The notes below the pieces were generated by a model. It did not search any database. It worked only from the letters and a program-made list of their open reading frames with translations, and was not told where the DNA came from. DNA of 41,054 nucleotides from a virus. Below are positions 1 through 9,076 of this stretch, piece after piece; position 1 is the first letter of the stretch, and each line of letters starts with the position of its first letter. The DNA lies in IMG/VR virus record IMGVR_UViG_3300005573_000022, positions 1 to 41,054 of that record. One strand, given 5' to 3'. The position numbers and the translations under genes were made by a program.

Positions 1-121
1 TATATCATTATCAGAAAGAGTAGTTTTTTCAGTTAAAGCATTGATTTCGCCTGCGGTAGTTTTAGAGAGTTTAGTATTATCTTGAGTATCTACATATGCT
101 TTCCTTACTGCCTGATTATCA
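1..121. repeat. Terminal overlap: bases 1-121 are identical to 40934-41054 (circular contig closure, not a physical genome end)
   Basis: Direct comparison of both window ends gives 121/121 identical. The repeat falls inside an uninterrupted minus-strand reading frame. Confidence 0.95.
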
Positions 122-324
122 GAAGTTGGGTCAGAAGCGGGTAAAGTAGGAATATTATAAAAAGTCACTGCACCCGAAAAAGCTTTATTTCCAGTAATAG
201 TCTGTGCATCAGGGATAGTCACTACTCCATTATCAATATCGGATTGTAGTTGTCCTAAATCAGCACCATATAAAATAGTCCCGTCATCCGAAGCACTCCA
301 ACGCTTTGTCCAATTTATAGCCAT
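1..324 (-). CDS. Glycine-rich tail fibre, N-terminal 108 codons (gene continues across the circular junction into 40154-40933; 367 aa in total)
   Basis: ATG at 324 is preceded by AAGAGGTGA. Translation MAINWTKRWSASDDGTILYGADLGQLQSDIDNG...PTSDNQAVRKAYVDT carries a fibre-type 'avrKaYVD' motif. The frame is continuous with 40154-40933 (324+780 nt = 368 codons). Confidence 0.8.
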   Translation of the reverse strand, partial: MAINWTKRWSASDDGTILYGADLGQLQSDIDNGVVTIPDAQTITGNKAFSGAVTFYNIPTLPASDPTSDNQAVRKAYVDTQDNTKLSKTTAGEINALTEKTTLSDNDI

Positions 325-337
325 AAAAAATCACCTC

Positions 338-949
338 TTATCTAATATCTTCTACTACAACAAAGAAAAAAGTTATTTCTCCTTGTGTAGCAGTATTTAA
401 ATTATGAGAAGCAGTTGCTTTTGCTTTAATTATAGTAGAACTTGATATTATATATGTCCCTCCCGCTTCAAAATAAGCACCTTTTTGGTTTGCAGATTTA
501 CAACGGTATCCTGTAGTTGCTCCCGTAAAAACATTTATTCCATTAGTAGTATCATTATCATCTAAAATTCCGTCGATATCATTATCATCTCCAACCTGTA
601 TGTAATAACTTGTGATTGACCCTCCACTAAAAGTTGTAGTTAAATAACAAAAAGCGTCTAAAATTATAGTATCTGCAGGAATTGTTATTAAATTTATTGT
701 ATTTGTAGTATTATTAGTAGAAAAATCAGCATAAGTTTTTGTTATTGAAAGTATTTGATATTTAATATATCCTCCTAAAGTATCAACTTTAGGTGCTTGA
801 GAAAATGTTTTTAATCCAGTTATAGTTTGAGTTCCGCCCAAAGTCACACATTGAGAATTTAAATCTCCTTGAAGATTAGCCAAATCTACAGCACTTAATA
901 CGGAACCATCATCACTTGATGTCCAAGTTTTAGTCCACACAAAAGGCAT
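338..949 (-). CDS. Second (short) tail fibre/receptor-binding protein, 203 aa
   Basis: N-terminus MPFVWTKTWTSSDDGSVL...TQTITGLKTF parallels MAINWTKRWSASDDGTIL...AQTITGNKAF of the neighbouring fibre. Its ATG overlaps the upstream stop (TAATG). Confidence 0.6.
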   Translation of the reverse strand: MPFVWTKTWTSSDDGSVLSAVDLANLQGDLNSQCVTLGGTQTITGLKTFSQAPKVDTLGGYIKYQILSITKTYADFSTNNTTNTINLITIPADTIILDAFCYLTTTFSGGSITSYYIQVGDDNDIDGILDDNDTTNGINVFTGATTGYRCKSANQKGAYFEAGGTYIISSSTIIKAKATASHNLNTATQGEITFFFVVVEDIR

Positions 950-1152
950 TATTCCTCCTTATAATCTTCTCCAAAAAATTCTTTATGCATTTGTAAAAAA
1001 TATTCTTTATTTTTCATTAAAGAGTTAATCCAGTTATTCACCACAAGATTAGGATAATCCTCTGGTTTATGTTCTGGTCTTAAAGGTCTAACTTTAAAAT
1101 ATAATTTTAAAAATTTTTCTTGTTCTTCGTTTAATTTAACAATATACTCCAT
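949..1152 (-). CDS. Hypothetical 67-aa protein in the fibre module (possible fibre assembly factor)
   Basis: The internal ATG at 1152 overlaps the stop of the upstream ORF (TAATG), and its own stop overlaps the next ATG. The longer 116-aa track ORF has an implausible aromatic low-complexity N-terminus. Confidence 0.45.
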   Translation of the reverse strand: MEYIVKLNEEQEKFLKLYFKVRPLRPEHKPEDYPNLVVNNWINSLMKNKEYFLQMHKEFFGEDYKEE

Positions 1153-1676
1153 TACAATAACACTGCCCTCCAACAAAAACCTGAATAATAAGTAGAATCT
1201 AAATTTCCACCTGTAGTAGAAAATAAAGTTGCTGTAAATCCAGTAGTAGTAATTCCATAACAAATAACTGACCTTAAAGTTAATGCTCCTGTAAACCAAG
1301 CAGGTCCATTAGGAGTTCCATCAGAAATTTTACGCGAACCTATATAATTTATAAAAACTAAAGGAACGGAAGAAAATTGTTCATTAAAACTTACTGCTTG
1401 ACTTACATAAGGAGAACTTGCTTCAGTAAAATATCCCCAACCAAATTGCTCATTTCTTAAAGGAGTATAATACCAATTACCATTTATAAATCTATAAAGT
1501 CTTTTATCATTAGATGAAAAATAAATTAATCCTTCACCTTCTTGAGCACTAAATCCAGGTATTTGATTTAAAATTGATTCTTGATAAAGCCCTAAATTTA
1601 AAAGGTCTCTAACTTCGTTTAACAAATCTTCTAATTCTTGTGGTTTTCTAATAATGTTATACTCTTGAATTCTCAT
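1152..1676 (-). CDS. Hypothetical virion/tail-associated protein, 174 aa
   Basis: ORF tightly packed in the tail-gene run, with non-repetitive sequence. Confidence 0.5.
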   Translation of the reverse strand: MRIQEYNIIRKPQELEDLLNEVRDLLNLGLYQESILNQIPGFSAQEGEGLIYFSSNDKRLYRFINGNWYYTPLRNEQFGWGYFTEASSPYVSQAVSFNEQFSSVPLVFINYIGSRKISDGTPNGPAWFTGALTLRSVICYGITTTGFTATLFSTTGGNLDSTYYSGFCWRAVLL

Positions 1677-1677
1677 T

Positions 1678-3204
1678 TCACGCCCCTTTACTAACTGCTA
1701 AATACTCTACAGGAACATCTATTCTTAAAAGATTCCAAGCAGGACTTTTAGAATTATCACTAACTTTAAATTGTAAAAGATTCGCTAATTTTGGAAGATT
1801 AAAAACTTTAGTCAATGCTTCTTTCCCGCCTAATTTTGACTGACCTAAAATAAATGTAGAACCCAATAAACTTTCATCAGTATATTGTGTAATATTTTCT
1901 GTAGAAGTCCAAGTAGATTCCCAATTTTTTCTATAATAGAAATTTAAAGGGAAATTCCCTATTGTTTTAACCGTAACCCAAACTTCAGACCCTTTTTTAA
2001 GAACAGGGTATTGCTGAATATCAAATCTCTTACTTAACCAATAAGATTCTATATTTTCTCCGTTATCAGAGTTCCCATAATCTTGTAAATAAGCAGTTCC
2101 ATCATAATTAGCAGTATAAATTCTTTTTTGTCCTAAATTATCTACTACTAATGTTCCAGATAAGTTATACATATTAGAAAAAGCCCAAAAACTATTAGAA
2201 GCATAATCCCAAATAATCCAAACATTATTTTTTGAAGAGTTTCTATTTGCTAAACATAAAATATACCAGTAATAAGGCTCATAATTTAAAGCCCAAGCGT
2301 ATTTTAAAATATTAATATCTTTATCAATAGTTCCTAAAGATACTGGAGCAATACCATTATCTTCCTCTATTTTTGTAGAAATAGGATAAGCGTCAGAACC
2401 ATCAAAAATATAAATTCTTGCATCAGGACCTAAAAATGCTAAAACTTCTCCTCTATCAGGAACGGTTATATTACAAATACTTCTTGGTGCAATAGTTCCT
2501 ATATTAGCAACTTTTTTTCTTGTATATAAAGGTGAAGACCCAGTATAAGAAAGTCTAAATATTGAATATCTTTTAAAAGCATATAGAATTCCTTTTAACT
2601 CTCCCCAACCTACAAAATAATCTCCATCAGGAGTAGGTTCATCATAATAAGTGTTATATGAAGTATAAGAACCAGCATCAGAAACATATATTCTTGAAGA
2701 TAAGTATCCTAAAATAAAAACTCTATTTTGATAAACTTTAGGAGCAGTTCCTGCAGGAGCATTAGGAATTGCTGAAGTAGTAGAAGAAGAACCATCCCAA
2801 ATTTGCGGTTGGTCTTTAGCCCAATTACAAATGATTAAATGACTATTCCCAGAAGAATCTACAAAATTATCAAATTGATAAATGGAATCACTCATACCTG
2901 TTTTTAATAAGTCCCATTCTCCATCAAGATTATCCATTTTATAAATTGATGTCCCAAAGCAACCAACTAATTTTCTTAATGTAGAAGATACTGCAAAATC
3001 ATAAAGACCATTTCCGTTTAGTTGACTTAGAGGAGTATTATTTAAAGGAACAAAACCTCTGCGTTTTTTTAAAGTTTTAAAAATATTAGTATGAACATTA
3101 ATACAGCAAGGAGTTTCATTATCTGCAATATTTAAAGGACCTGCTTTTGTATTTAATCCTCCAGAAAAATCCGTTAAAAATCCTATTCGTTCTGGTCTAA
3201 TCAT
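1678..3204 (-). CDS. Large tail protein, possible nozzle / tail-tubular-B analogue (508 aa)
   Basis: The N-terminal pattern 'DFSGGLNTKAGPLNIADNE...N...LKKRRGF' resembles, from memory, the N-terminus of podovirus nozzle proteins. It sits just upstream of the fibres. No search was done. Confidence 0.35.
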   Translation of the reverse strand: MIRPERIGFLTDFSGGLNTKAGPLNIADNETPCCINVHTNIFKTLKKRRGFVPLNNTPLSQLNGNGLYDFAVSSTLRKLVGCFGTSIYKMDNLDGEWDLLKTGMSDSIYQFDNFVDSSGNSHLIICNWAKDQPQIWDGSSSTTSAIPNAPAGTAPKVYQNRVFILGYLSSRIYVSDAGSYTSYNTYYDEPTPDGDYFVGWGELKGILYAFKRYSIFRLSYTGSSPLYTRKKVANIGTIAPRSICNITVPDRGEVLAFLGPDARIYIFDGSDAYPISTKIEEDNGIAPVSLGTIDKDINILKYAWALNYEPYYWYILCLANRNSSKNNVWIIWDYASNSFWAFSNMYNLSGTLVVDNLGQKRIYTANYDGTAYLQDYGNSDNGENIESYWLSKRFDIQQYPVLKKGSEVWVTVKTIGNFPLNFYYRKNWESTWTSTENITQYTDESLLGSTFILGQSKLGGKEALTKVFNLPKLANLLQFKVSDNSKSPAWNLLRIDVPVEYLAVSKGA

Positions 3205-3208
3205 TTCT

Positions 3209-4291
3209 TTAATACCTTCCTAAAATATGTGTATAATGTCTCATATATTGTCGTCCAAATCTTTTTCTCGCTCTCCTTGCCATATCTAAATCTAACGCTC
3301 TTAAATACGCCATTAAATATCCTTGAACATTTTCTCCTTGTTCTAAAGCAGATAAATAACAAGCACCATAAAATAAAGCCTCTTGAAATTGATAAGGCAT
3401 ATCTGGAGCATCGCAAATCGTATAATTTTTATTAGTATTACTTGAAGGATAAACGCTATCTAAAGTCAAAGTATTTCCAGAAATAGAAATAATTTTTTTC
3501 CAAGTCCCATCATCATCAACTCTAAAATATTGTCCTATAGAAATATAGGAAGAATAATCACTTGATAAAGTGACTGTAGCAGAACCCGCAGTAGTAGTAG
3601 CAGTTCCAGAAGTAAAATCAATCATTTCTGGTAATGCTTTAATATATTCATAAGAAATAATCCTTGAAGTATTTACCGGTGGCATAAATTGAACTTGATA
3701 TAATCCTAAAGAAGTTTTATCAGGGCATTCTCTCCAATAAACTGGAAAATCCGCAGGCTGTGTAGTATAATATCTATACCAATTATAATCATCTACCCAT
3801 TTTAATCTTTGTCTTCCTTGAGAATAATCATAATAAAATCCAGGTTCGTTAGTAGGTCTTGAAAAATCATTTGCCAAAGTATAAGTATCTTGAAATAATA
3901 AATAAGATAATCCAGAAGCAGTATTCCCCATATAAGAAGGAGTTATAGAACCTTGTGTAGAAGATACATAAGTGAATGTATAAATTTCGTGAGTTGAAGG
4001 AATAGTAAACTTCATACCTGTATGAGAAGAAGTCCAATTAGTTCCAGAACCTATTATTGTAGAAGAACCTTTAGTTACTGATACTGTCCCAGTATTATAA
4101 GAAGCGGATAAAACAATAGTTCCTGTTTTTCTTAGCCAATCCCATTCAAACCGAGAAGGAATATCTTTAGTATAAATATCATTAACTCTGCGTTTATATT
4201 TTCTTTTTACAGATTCTTCCGTAGAAGACTCTCTCATTTCTAACATTACATCTTCTACAATTTGTATGAATGGCTTTACATAAAGTGGCAT
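3209..4291 (-). CDS. Virion protein, possible adaptor / tail-tubular-A analogue (360 aa)
   Basis: 360-aa ORF immediately upstream of the putative nozzle gene. The call is positional only. Confidence 0.3.
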   Translation of the reverse strand: MPLYVKPFIQIVEDVMLEMRESSTEESVKRKYKRRVNDIYTKDIPSRFEWDWLRKTGTIVLSASYNTGTVSVTKGSSTIIGSGTNWTSSHTGMKFTIPSTHEIYTFTYVSSTQGSITPSYMGNTASGLSYLLFQDTYTLANDFSRPTNEPGFYYDYSQGRQRLKWVDDYNWYRYYTTQPADFPVYWRECPDKTSLGLYQVQFMPPVNTSRIISYEYIKALPEMIDFTSGTATTTAGSATVTLSSDYSSYISIGQYFRVDDDGTWKKIISISGNTLTLDSVYPSSNTNKNYTICDAPDMPYQFQEALFYGACYLSALEQGENVQGYLMAYLRALDLDMARRARKRFGRQYMRHYTHILGRY

Positions 4292-4301
4292 ATTTATCTC
4301 C

Positions 4302-4535
4302 TTATTTTTGCTTTAAAATCGCTTCTATCGTGCTTAATCTCTTTTCTAAATTTACCTCTAATTCTTGATGATGGCATAGATGATTTTTCATATCAACTTT
4401 CAAGTCTTTAATATCTTCTTTAATACCTGAAATAATGTATAAAATTAAAGTTATAAGGATAGGAGTAATAAATCTTAAAATTATACCTATCCCGTTAAGG
4501 TTATCTTTAGTTTGGGAATTCATCACCACCTCCAA
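4302..4535 (-). CDS. Small membrane protein, one TM helix plus coiled coil (holin/spanin-like candidate)
   Basis: 77 aa with hydrophobic stretch GIGIILRFITPILITLILYIISGI followed by a charged helical tail. GGAGGTGGTG lies before the ATG. Confidence 0.35.
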   Translation of the reverse strand: MEVVMNSQTKDNLNGIGIILRFITPILITLILYIISGIKEDIKDLKVDMKNHLCHHQELEVNLEKRLSTIEAILKQK

Positions 4536-4632
4536 GATACCTTAAATCCCCAATACTTTTGAGAACCTGCCCATTCTGGGGTCTCGCAGTAGCCTATTTG
4601 AATTTGAAGTTTATATACCGTAAATGCTCTAA

Positions 4633-4824
4633 CTACTTTGAAGACCCCGAGGACAAGTTTTTTGAGATACCTGCTCTAATAAACATACCCATCAAAGCAG
4701 TCACTATCAAATTCCAGTTAAGCTCTCCGCCATCAATCCAAGCAACAATACAACCTAAAATAGTGATAATCCCGGTGATGTAAGTTTTTTTGCCTGCTAA
4801 CCACTCACGAATTTTCTCAAACAT
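4633..4824 (-). CDS. Small two-TM membrane protein (holin-like candidate)
   Basis: 63 aa with two hydrophobic segments (YITGIITILGCIVAWI, LIVTALMGMFIRAGI) and a polar C-terminus. Confidence 0.4.
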   Translation of the reverse strand: MFEKIREWLAGKKTYITGIITILGCIVAWIDGGELNWNLIVTALMGMFIRAGISKNLSSGSSK

Positions 4825-4939
4825 TTTTCCCTCCTTTCATTCTAATAGGTTGTGGAGTTCCACATTGAGAACAAATCCACCTTTTTCCATCTCTAAACTG
4901 AACGGTATGAACTCTACAATTTACACAAACAAAATCCAT
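4820..4939 (-). CDS. 39-aa zinc-ribbon micro-protein
   Basis: Own translation: MDFVCVNCRVHTVQFRDGKRWICSQCGTPQPIRMKGGKNV, with CxxC...CxxC. It overlaps the start of the next ORF. The SD is weak. Confidence 0.35.
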
Positions 4940-4959
4940 TCTTGTTTTTTTGCTCTTTT

Positions 4960-5268
4960 TTATTCCCACAATTTTTTAACCTCAACTGCTTTAGGAAGTT
5001 TAAAATCTTCCATCCTTTTTGCTTCAATCTTCCAATCACAACCTGGATTTAAACATATTACATATTTATCTTGTAAGGCTAACAACTTTCTTCCACATCT
5101 TGGGCATCCATCATTCATACGTCTATCTTTTAAAATCTCTGCCTCTGCACAGAGCCAATCTCCTAATGCTGAACCTGAAATACCTTTTTTAAGTCTTTCT
5201 TGATAGATTTCATAGGCTCTTTTTTCTATTTTTTGTTTAAGTTCGGGATTCATTTTTCTTTTCCTCAT
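4960..5268 (-). CDS. DUF2934-like N-terminus plus zinc-ribbon protein (true start possibly the second ATG at 5253)
   Basis: 'KRAYEIYQERLKKGISGSALGDWLCAEAEI' matches the remembered DUF2934 pattern (AYxIwexRG...DWxxAE), followed by CPRCG...CLNPGC. Confidence 0.45.
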   Translation of the reverse strand: MRKRKMNPELKQKIEKRAYEIYQERLKKGISGSALGDWLCAEAEILKDRRMNDGCPRCGRKLLALQDKYVICLNPGCDWKIEAKRMEDFKLPKAVEVKKLWE

Positions 5269-5282
5269 ATAGGTCTTTTAAG

Positions 5283-5453
5283 TTAGCCATTACTTATCTC
5301 CTGTAATTTAATCAAAGTAGACTTACTTTCCATTAATTCTTTTTCAATTTGAGCATATTGTTCAACATTCCCTGATGTATAGGCTTCAGTTAAAGCCCGT
5401 TCTAATGTAGCAATTCTATTTTGAACAAATTGAATTAACTGCTCTATATTCAT
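5283..5453 (-). CDS. Hypothetical 56-aa helical protein
   Basis: Own translation: MNIEQLIQFVQNRIATLERALTEAYTSGNVEQYAQIEKELMESKSTLIKLQEISNG. AAGGGGG lies upstream. It is below the 60-aa track cutoff. Confidence 0.45.
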   Translation of the reverse strand: MNIEQLIQFVQNRIATLERALTEAYTSGNVEQYAQIEKELMESKSTLIKLQEISNG

Positions 5454-5462
5454 ATTGCCCCC

Positions 5463-7049
5463 TTATCTTTGTATTGCTACATTCCAAAACACTGAACCAG
5501 AATTTTGAATTGTATATAGAAATGCCAATTTAGTTGTTCCATCAATAAATAAAGCAGTTGCCACTTTTTCTCCTGCAACCGCAGTTCCTTGTGCATAAGG
5601 TAAATAGCACCAAGGTTCAAGCACTCTATTTAAAACATCAAATCTTGCAAATCTTTGAGTTCCATTTATGCTTATATATCCATACTTCCCTGAATTAGTT
5701 GCACCATCATAACAAGATGATGTGCCTGTGGTAAATGTAGTTGCTCCTGTTTGACCACCATAAACAATTGCTCCTGTCCAAGCCCCTGTTCCTGCTGCTC
5801 CAGCAATATCAAGTAAATCAAGAGTATTTGACCCACCACCCCTAAACCAGTAAATATAACTATGTCTGGCATTCTTGGCAGTATCTAAGGTTAAGCCCCA
5901 AGAAGGTATAGCACAAGTTCCTGCACCTGAAGCACCAGGTCTTGCGGCATAAGCCAATGCTCCATTTGTCCCTACCGTTCCTGTATAAGACCAAGTGCCA
6001 TCTGCAGTAAATCCACCCATTCGGTAAGAATACATAGTTGTTGAAGCAGAAGTTGATAAGATAACATCGTTATTATTCTCAATAACAAATATAGCATTAG
6101 CAGAAGGAGTAACTGTCCAAGCAGATGAAAGAGTATAAACAGGAGAAGGACCTGCAGTATGAGAAGAAATAATCCTGCGCTGACCGACAGCAGTTGGAGT
6201 TGTTATATCTTGAACAATTCTAATCTGAAAGTTTCTATATTCATTAGCCAAAACTCCTGCATCTCCACCGCTTGCCTGTCCTGTTATAGTATTTGAAGAA
6301 GTTGCAGTAGCAGTAAGATTACCAAAAAAACCTTCACCGGGATTTCTGTTGTTAGGAACAAACTGCTCATCAAGAACAATAAACTCTGAGTCTGTCCCAA
6401 TTGTTGCAGGAAGGTTAGTTTGGGTTATGGTAATATAAGAATTAGTAGCAATATCATAAGCTTTAACAATACCAGACGCTAATGTCCCTGCAGACATCAA
6501 TAACACTCTTCCAGATAATATCTCATACCTATCCCCAGCGATAGGAGTAAAACTTAATGGACTATCAAGATAGATTGTAGGAGTAGTTCCGCCAGTATTT
6601 CCAATAATGTATCTTTCTTCTGTTTTTCCCGATGAGCCTGAAGCATTACCAATTATTCTTATCTTATACCCTACACCATCTCCTCTATTAGCAAGCTGAT
6701 TAACACCTACTGCTGCTGGTAAAGCAGTTGAAAGAACAACAGATGTAGTAGTATTACCTGATGCTAAAGTTCCTGAAGGTCCTGCGGAAGCAACAAAAAC
6801 TGACCCTGCTCCTGCTCCAAAAGTTCCTGTCAATGCTGGAGAAGTTAAAGTTTGCCACTCATCATTTAAGATATGGTATCTTTGAAAAGTAGTTGCATTA
6901 ATTAGAAGATACAAATAAGGGTTTCTTGATGTATCATTTCTATTATCACAACATATACAGGAAGCTGCAGCAGTTGAAGTAATAGAGTTTGCCAATGTCC
7001 GCCATTGCGGTAAATCAATTAGGTCTTTAAAATTAAGTGTTGTTGCCAT
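5463..7049 (-). CDS. Thr/Gly/Ala-rich repeat-containing virion protein, 528 aa
   Basis: Long ORF with an internal duplicated module (YKIRIIGN...RYIIGNTGGTTPTIYLDSPLSFTPIAGDRYEI versus FQIRIVQD...RRIISSHTAGPSPVYTLSSAWTVTPSANAIFVI). Confidence 0.5.
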   Translation of the reverse strand: MATTLNFKDLIDLPQWRTLANSITSTAAASCICCDNRNDTSRNPYLYLLINATTFQRYHILNDEWQTLTSPALTGTFGAGAGSVFVASAGPSGTLASGNTTTSVVLSTALPAAVGVNQLANRGDGVGYKIRIIGNASGSSGKTEERYIIGNTGGTTPTIYLDSPLSFTPIAGDRYEILSGRVLLMSAGTLASGIVKAYDIATNSYITITQTNLPATIGTDSEFIVLDEQFVPNNRNPGEGFFGNLTATATSSNTITGQASGGDAGVLANEYRNFQIRIVQDITTPTAVGQRRIISSHTAGPSPVYTLSSAWTVTPSANAIFVIENNNDVILSTSASTTMYSYRMGGFTADGTWSYTGTVGTNGALAYAARPGASGAGTCAIPSWGLTLDTAKNARHSYIYWFRGGGSNTLDLLDIAGAAGTGAWTGAIVYGGQTGATTFTTGTSSCYDGATNSGKYGYISINGTQRFARFDVLNRVLEPWCYLPYAQGTAVAGEKVATALFIDGTTKLAFLYTIQNSGSVFWNVAIQR

Positions 7050-7060
7050 TTTCCCTCCTT

Positions 7061-7321
7061 TTAAGTTATGCGAGGACGAATATTCTGTCCCCAGGCCATT
7101 CTATCAATATACATTCCAGTAACATTTGCAGTTCCTAAATTAGTAAGTGTAGTAACTGTGGCAGTTGTGCTTATGTTCCAAGTCCCAGATTGAGTTGCTG
7201 TTACATCCGCTTTCACCCTTGAAGTTGTTGGGTCAACCCATAACGGACGGGTTAAGCAATTAATAATCTGTTTTAACGCTGTATGTATATCTTTTAACAT
7301 TATCGCTGAAAAATATGACAT
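7061..7321 (-). CDS. Hypothetical virion protein, 86 aa
   Basis: ORF with an SD, tightly packed upstream of the 528-aa gene. Confidence 0.5.
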   Translation of the reverse strand: MSYFSAIMLKDIHTALKQIINCLTRPLWVDPTTSRVKADVTATQSGTWNISTTATVTTLTNLGTANVTGMYIDRMAWGQNIRPRIT

Positions 7322-7333
7322 TTCTTGTCTCCT

Positions 7334-7678
7334 TTATATTATGCGCCAATTAGAACCATCTGAAATAATCGTTATTGTATCATCTTCATTTAAAAGTATT
7401 TGAGTTAACTCTCCATCTATAGTTTCATTTCCGTATGCATCTATAGTAATTGTATTAGATGAACTATCTATCTTTTTAATTGTGTATTGTTTTCCTACAA
7501 TTTCTACTGCAGTTGGTAAAGTAAGAGTAAAAGATGATATTGATGCATCAGCAAGAATTATGTTGTCAGATGGAGTAAGAGTATAATCTGCTGTTTTAGT
7601 TTTAATGGATACTGCTGTCTCAATTGCTCCTGTAATATCAAGTGTTCCTGTAAACGGATTTAATACCCATTTAGACAT
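7334..7678 (-). CDS. Small fibre-like / beta-helix-like structural protein, 114 aa
   Basis: N-terminal 'LNPFTGTLDITG' and the pattern 'ADYTLTPSDNIILADAS...LTLPTA...GKQYTIKKIDSSSNTITI...DGSNWRI' look like short phage fibre/spike modules (by memory). Confidence 0.4.
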   Translation of the reverse strand: MSKWVLNPFTGTLDITGAIETAVSIKTKTADYTLTPSDNIILADASISSFTLTLPTAVEIVGKQYTIKKIDSSSNTITIDAYGNETIDGELTQILLNEDDTITIISDGSNWRII

Positions 7679-7679
7679 T

Positions 7680-7916
7680 TTAACTATAATTTAAACTTTC
7701 TCTATTATTCCAAATATTATCATATAATTCATTACCATCAGCCCAAAGTTCTCTCGTCATTACATAATTACTACCATTAAGTTCCCAAACATATTTTTTA
7801 ATTTTCCAAATCGCAGAAGATTTATCTGCTCCTTTTCTTTTAGCCCATCCCTCATAAACAGGATTTCCATTACTATCATATGCTATTTCGTGAGAACCTA
7901 TGCTTGGAGTTCCCAT
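7680..7916 (-). CDS. Hypothetical protein, 78 aa
   Basis: ORF in the operon. Its stop abuts the next start. Confidence 0.5.
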   Translation of the reverse strand: MGTPSIGSHEIAYDSNGNPVYEGWAKRKGADKSSAIWKIKKYVWELNGSNYVMTRELWADGNELYDNIWNNRESLNYS

Positions 7917-7917
7917 A

Positions 7918-8235
7918 TTAGTCCTCCTGAACTACTAATAAATAAGATATATCTTCATCTATAGTAGCATTAGAAATTCTCATAGTATAAATTCCTACTA
8001 AAGGAATATCTACTTTACTTAAATTTAAAGAACCTTCTATCGCAGTTGCGGAATCTTTATCTGTAGGAAAAACTGTATTTCCGTTTTCATCTATCAAAGA
8101 AAAATCAAAAATATTAGTAGAGGTAGTTGCTTTTAATACAATTTGTCTTAAAACCCCCATAGAAAATTTAGGAGTATTTCCAGACCAAGAACCACTTGAT
8201 ACCGTAGCAACTCCTTTTATTTTATGAAAAAGCAT
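7918..8235 (-). CDS. Hypothetical protein, 105 aa
   Basis: ORF in the operon. Confidence 0.5.
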   Translation of the reverse strand: MLFHKIKGVATVSSGSWSGNTPKFSMGVLRQIVLKATTSTNIFDFSLIDENGNTVFPTDKDSATAIEGSLNLSKVDIPLVGIYTMRISNATIDEDISYLLVVQED

Positions 8236-8237
8236 TT

Positions 8238-8768
8238 TTATTCCTTTTTAATTATCATATCTAATATTTCTAATTTTGCCTTTATTAAAGAAACATCTTT
8301 TCCTTCTCTTTCTTTAGTTAAATACTCTTCATAAAGGCGTTTTCTTTCTTGAAGAAGTTTTTCTCCTAAAGTCTGAATATTCTGTTCTATTTTTTGTGCT
8401 TCTTGTTTTTCTTTCTCTTTCCATCTTTCTTCTAAAATTGGTTGTAATAATAAACTTTTTAAACGAGCAAAATCTTTATTATCAACCTGATGTGCTAAAG
8501 ATTCTATTAATGATATTTCTTTTTGTGCTTTAAATATTTTTTCTAAAGTGTCAAAATACTTATTAATCATTTCAGAACGAAATTCTGTCAATTTTTTCTC
8601 TATCTCCAATTTTAAATAATCTAATCTCTTATTAAGATTATCAATTTTTTCATCTTGCTCCTTCTTAATATGAACCATAAATGAATTAATATAATTTTTA
8701 AGAGTTTCTGTATAATTATATAAGCAGTTATCTATAGTTTTTAAAATCTCTTTATCCCGATTAAACAT
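8238..8768 (-). CDS. Coiled-coil protein, 176 aa
   Basis: Lys/Glu-rich sequence with heptad-like spacing throughout. Confidence 0.5.
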   Translation of the reverse strand: MFNRDKEILKTIDNCLYNYTETLKNYINSFMVHIKKEQDEKIDNLNKRLDYLKLEIEKKLTEFRSEMINKYFDTLEKIFKAQKEISLIESLAHQVDNKDFARLKSLLLQPILEERWKEKEKQEAQKIEQNIQTLGEKLLQERKRLYEEYLTKEREGKDVSLIKAKLEILDMIIKKE

Positions 8769-8778
8769 TTTAATCTTC

Positions 8779-9072
8779 TTATCTTAAATATATCATTACT
8801 ATTGAAGTTCCGTCATAATTTCCATCACTTACTTTTAAAACCAAGCCATTACATCTAATAGGACAACAAGGAGAAAATTCTATAGTTTGATTATTAGACG
8901 ATGTTTGAATATTAACCACAATTTGTCCTGAATTATCTTTTAAAACTAATTTATCAGGTGCAGTTTGTGTATACATTGTAATTCCAATAATTTCACAAGG
9001 TGTAGAAGAAATAATAATATCGGAAGAAAAAGTATCCAAATAAAAAATATTTCCGTTATTTTGATTACTCAT
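8779..9072 (-). CDS. Hypothetical protein, 97 aa
   Basis: ORF in the operon. Confidence 0.5.
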   Translation of the reverse strand: MSNQNNGNIFYLDTFSSDIIISSTPCEIIGITMYTQTAPDKLVLKDNSGQIVVNIQTSSNNQTIEFSPCCPIRCNGLVLKVSDGNYDGTSIVMIYLR

Positions 9073-9076
9073 ATCT

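Noticed and set aside
1-121. The 121-bp terminal repeat as a genuine DTR (physical genome ends)
   Set aside because: The repeat sits inside a continuous fibre ORF, and the frame closes perfectly across the junction. That fits assembly closure of a circular or permuted genome better than physical ends.
338-949. Diversity-generating retroelement acting on the fibre genes
   Set aside because: There is no reverse transcriptase ORF and no template/variable repeat pair anywhere in the genome.
3201-3435. Small overlapping ORFs 3201-3416 (minus) and 3229-3435 (plus)
   Set aside because: They lie entirely within the 3' end of the 360-aa gene, and have odd composition and no SD.
4559-5203. Plus-strand ORFs 4559-4783 and 4790-5203 inside the minus-strand operon
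   Set aside because: They have no SD and low-complexity products, and they overlap better-supported minus-strand genes (TM proteins, zinc ribbons).
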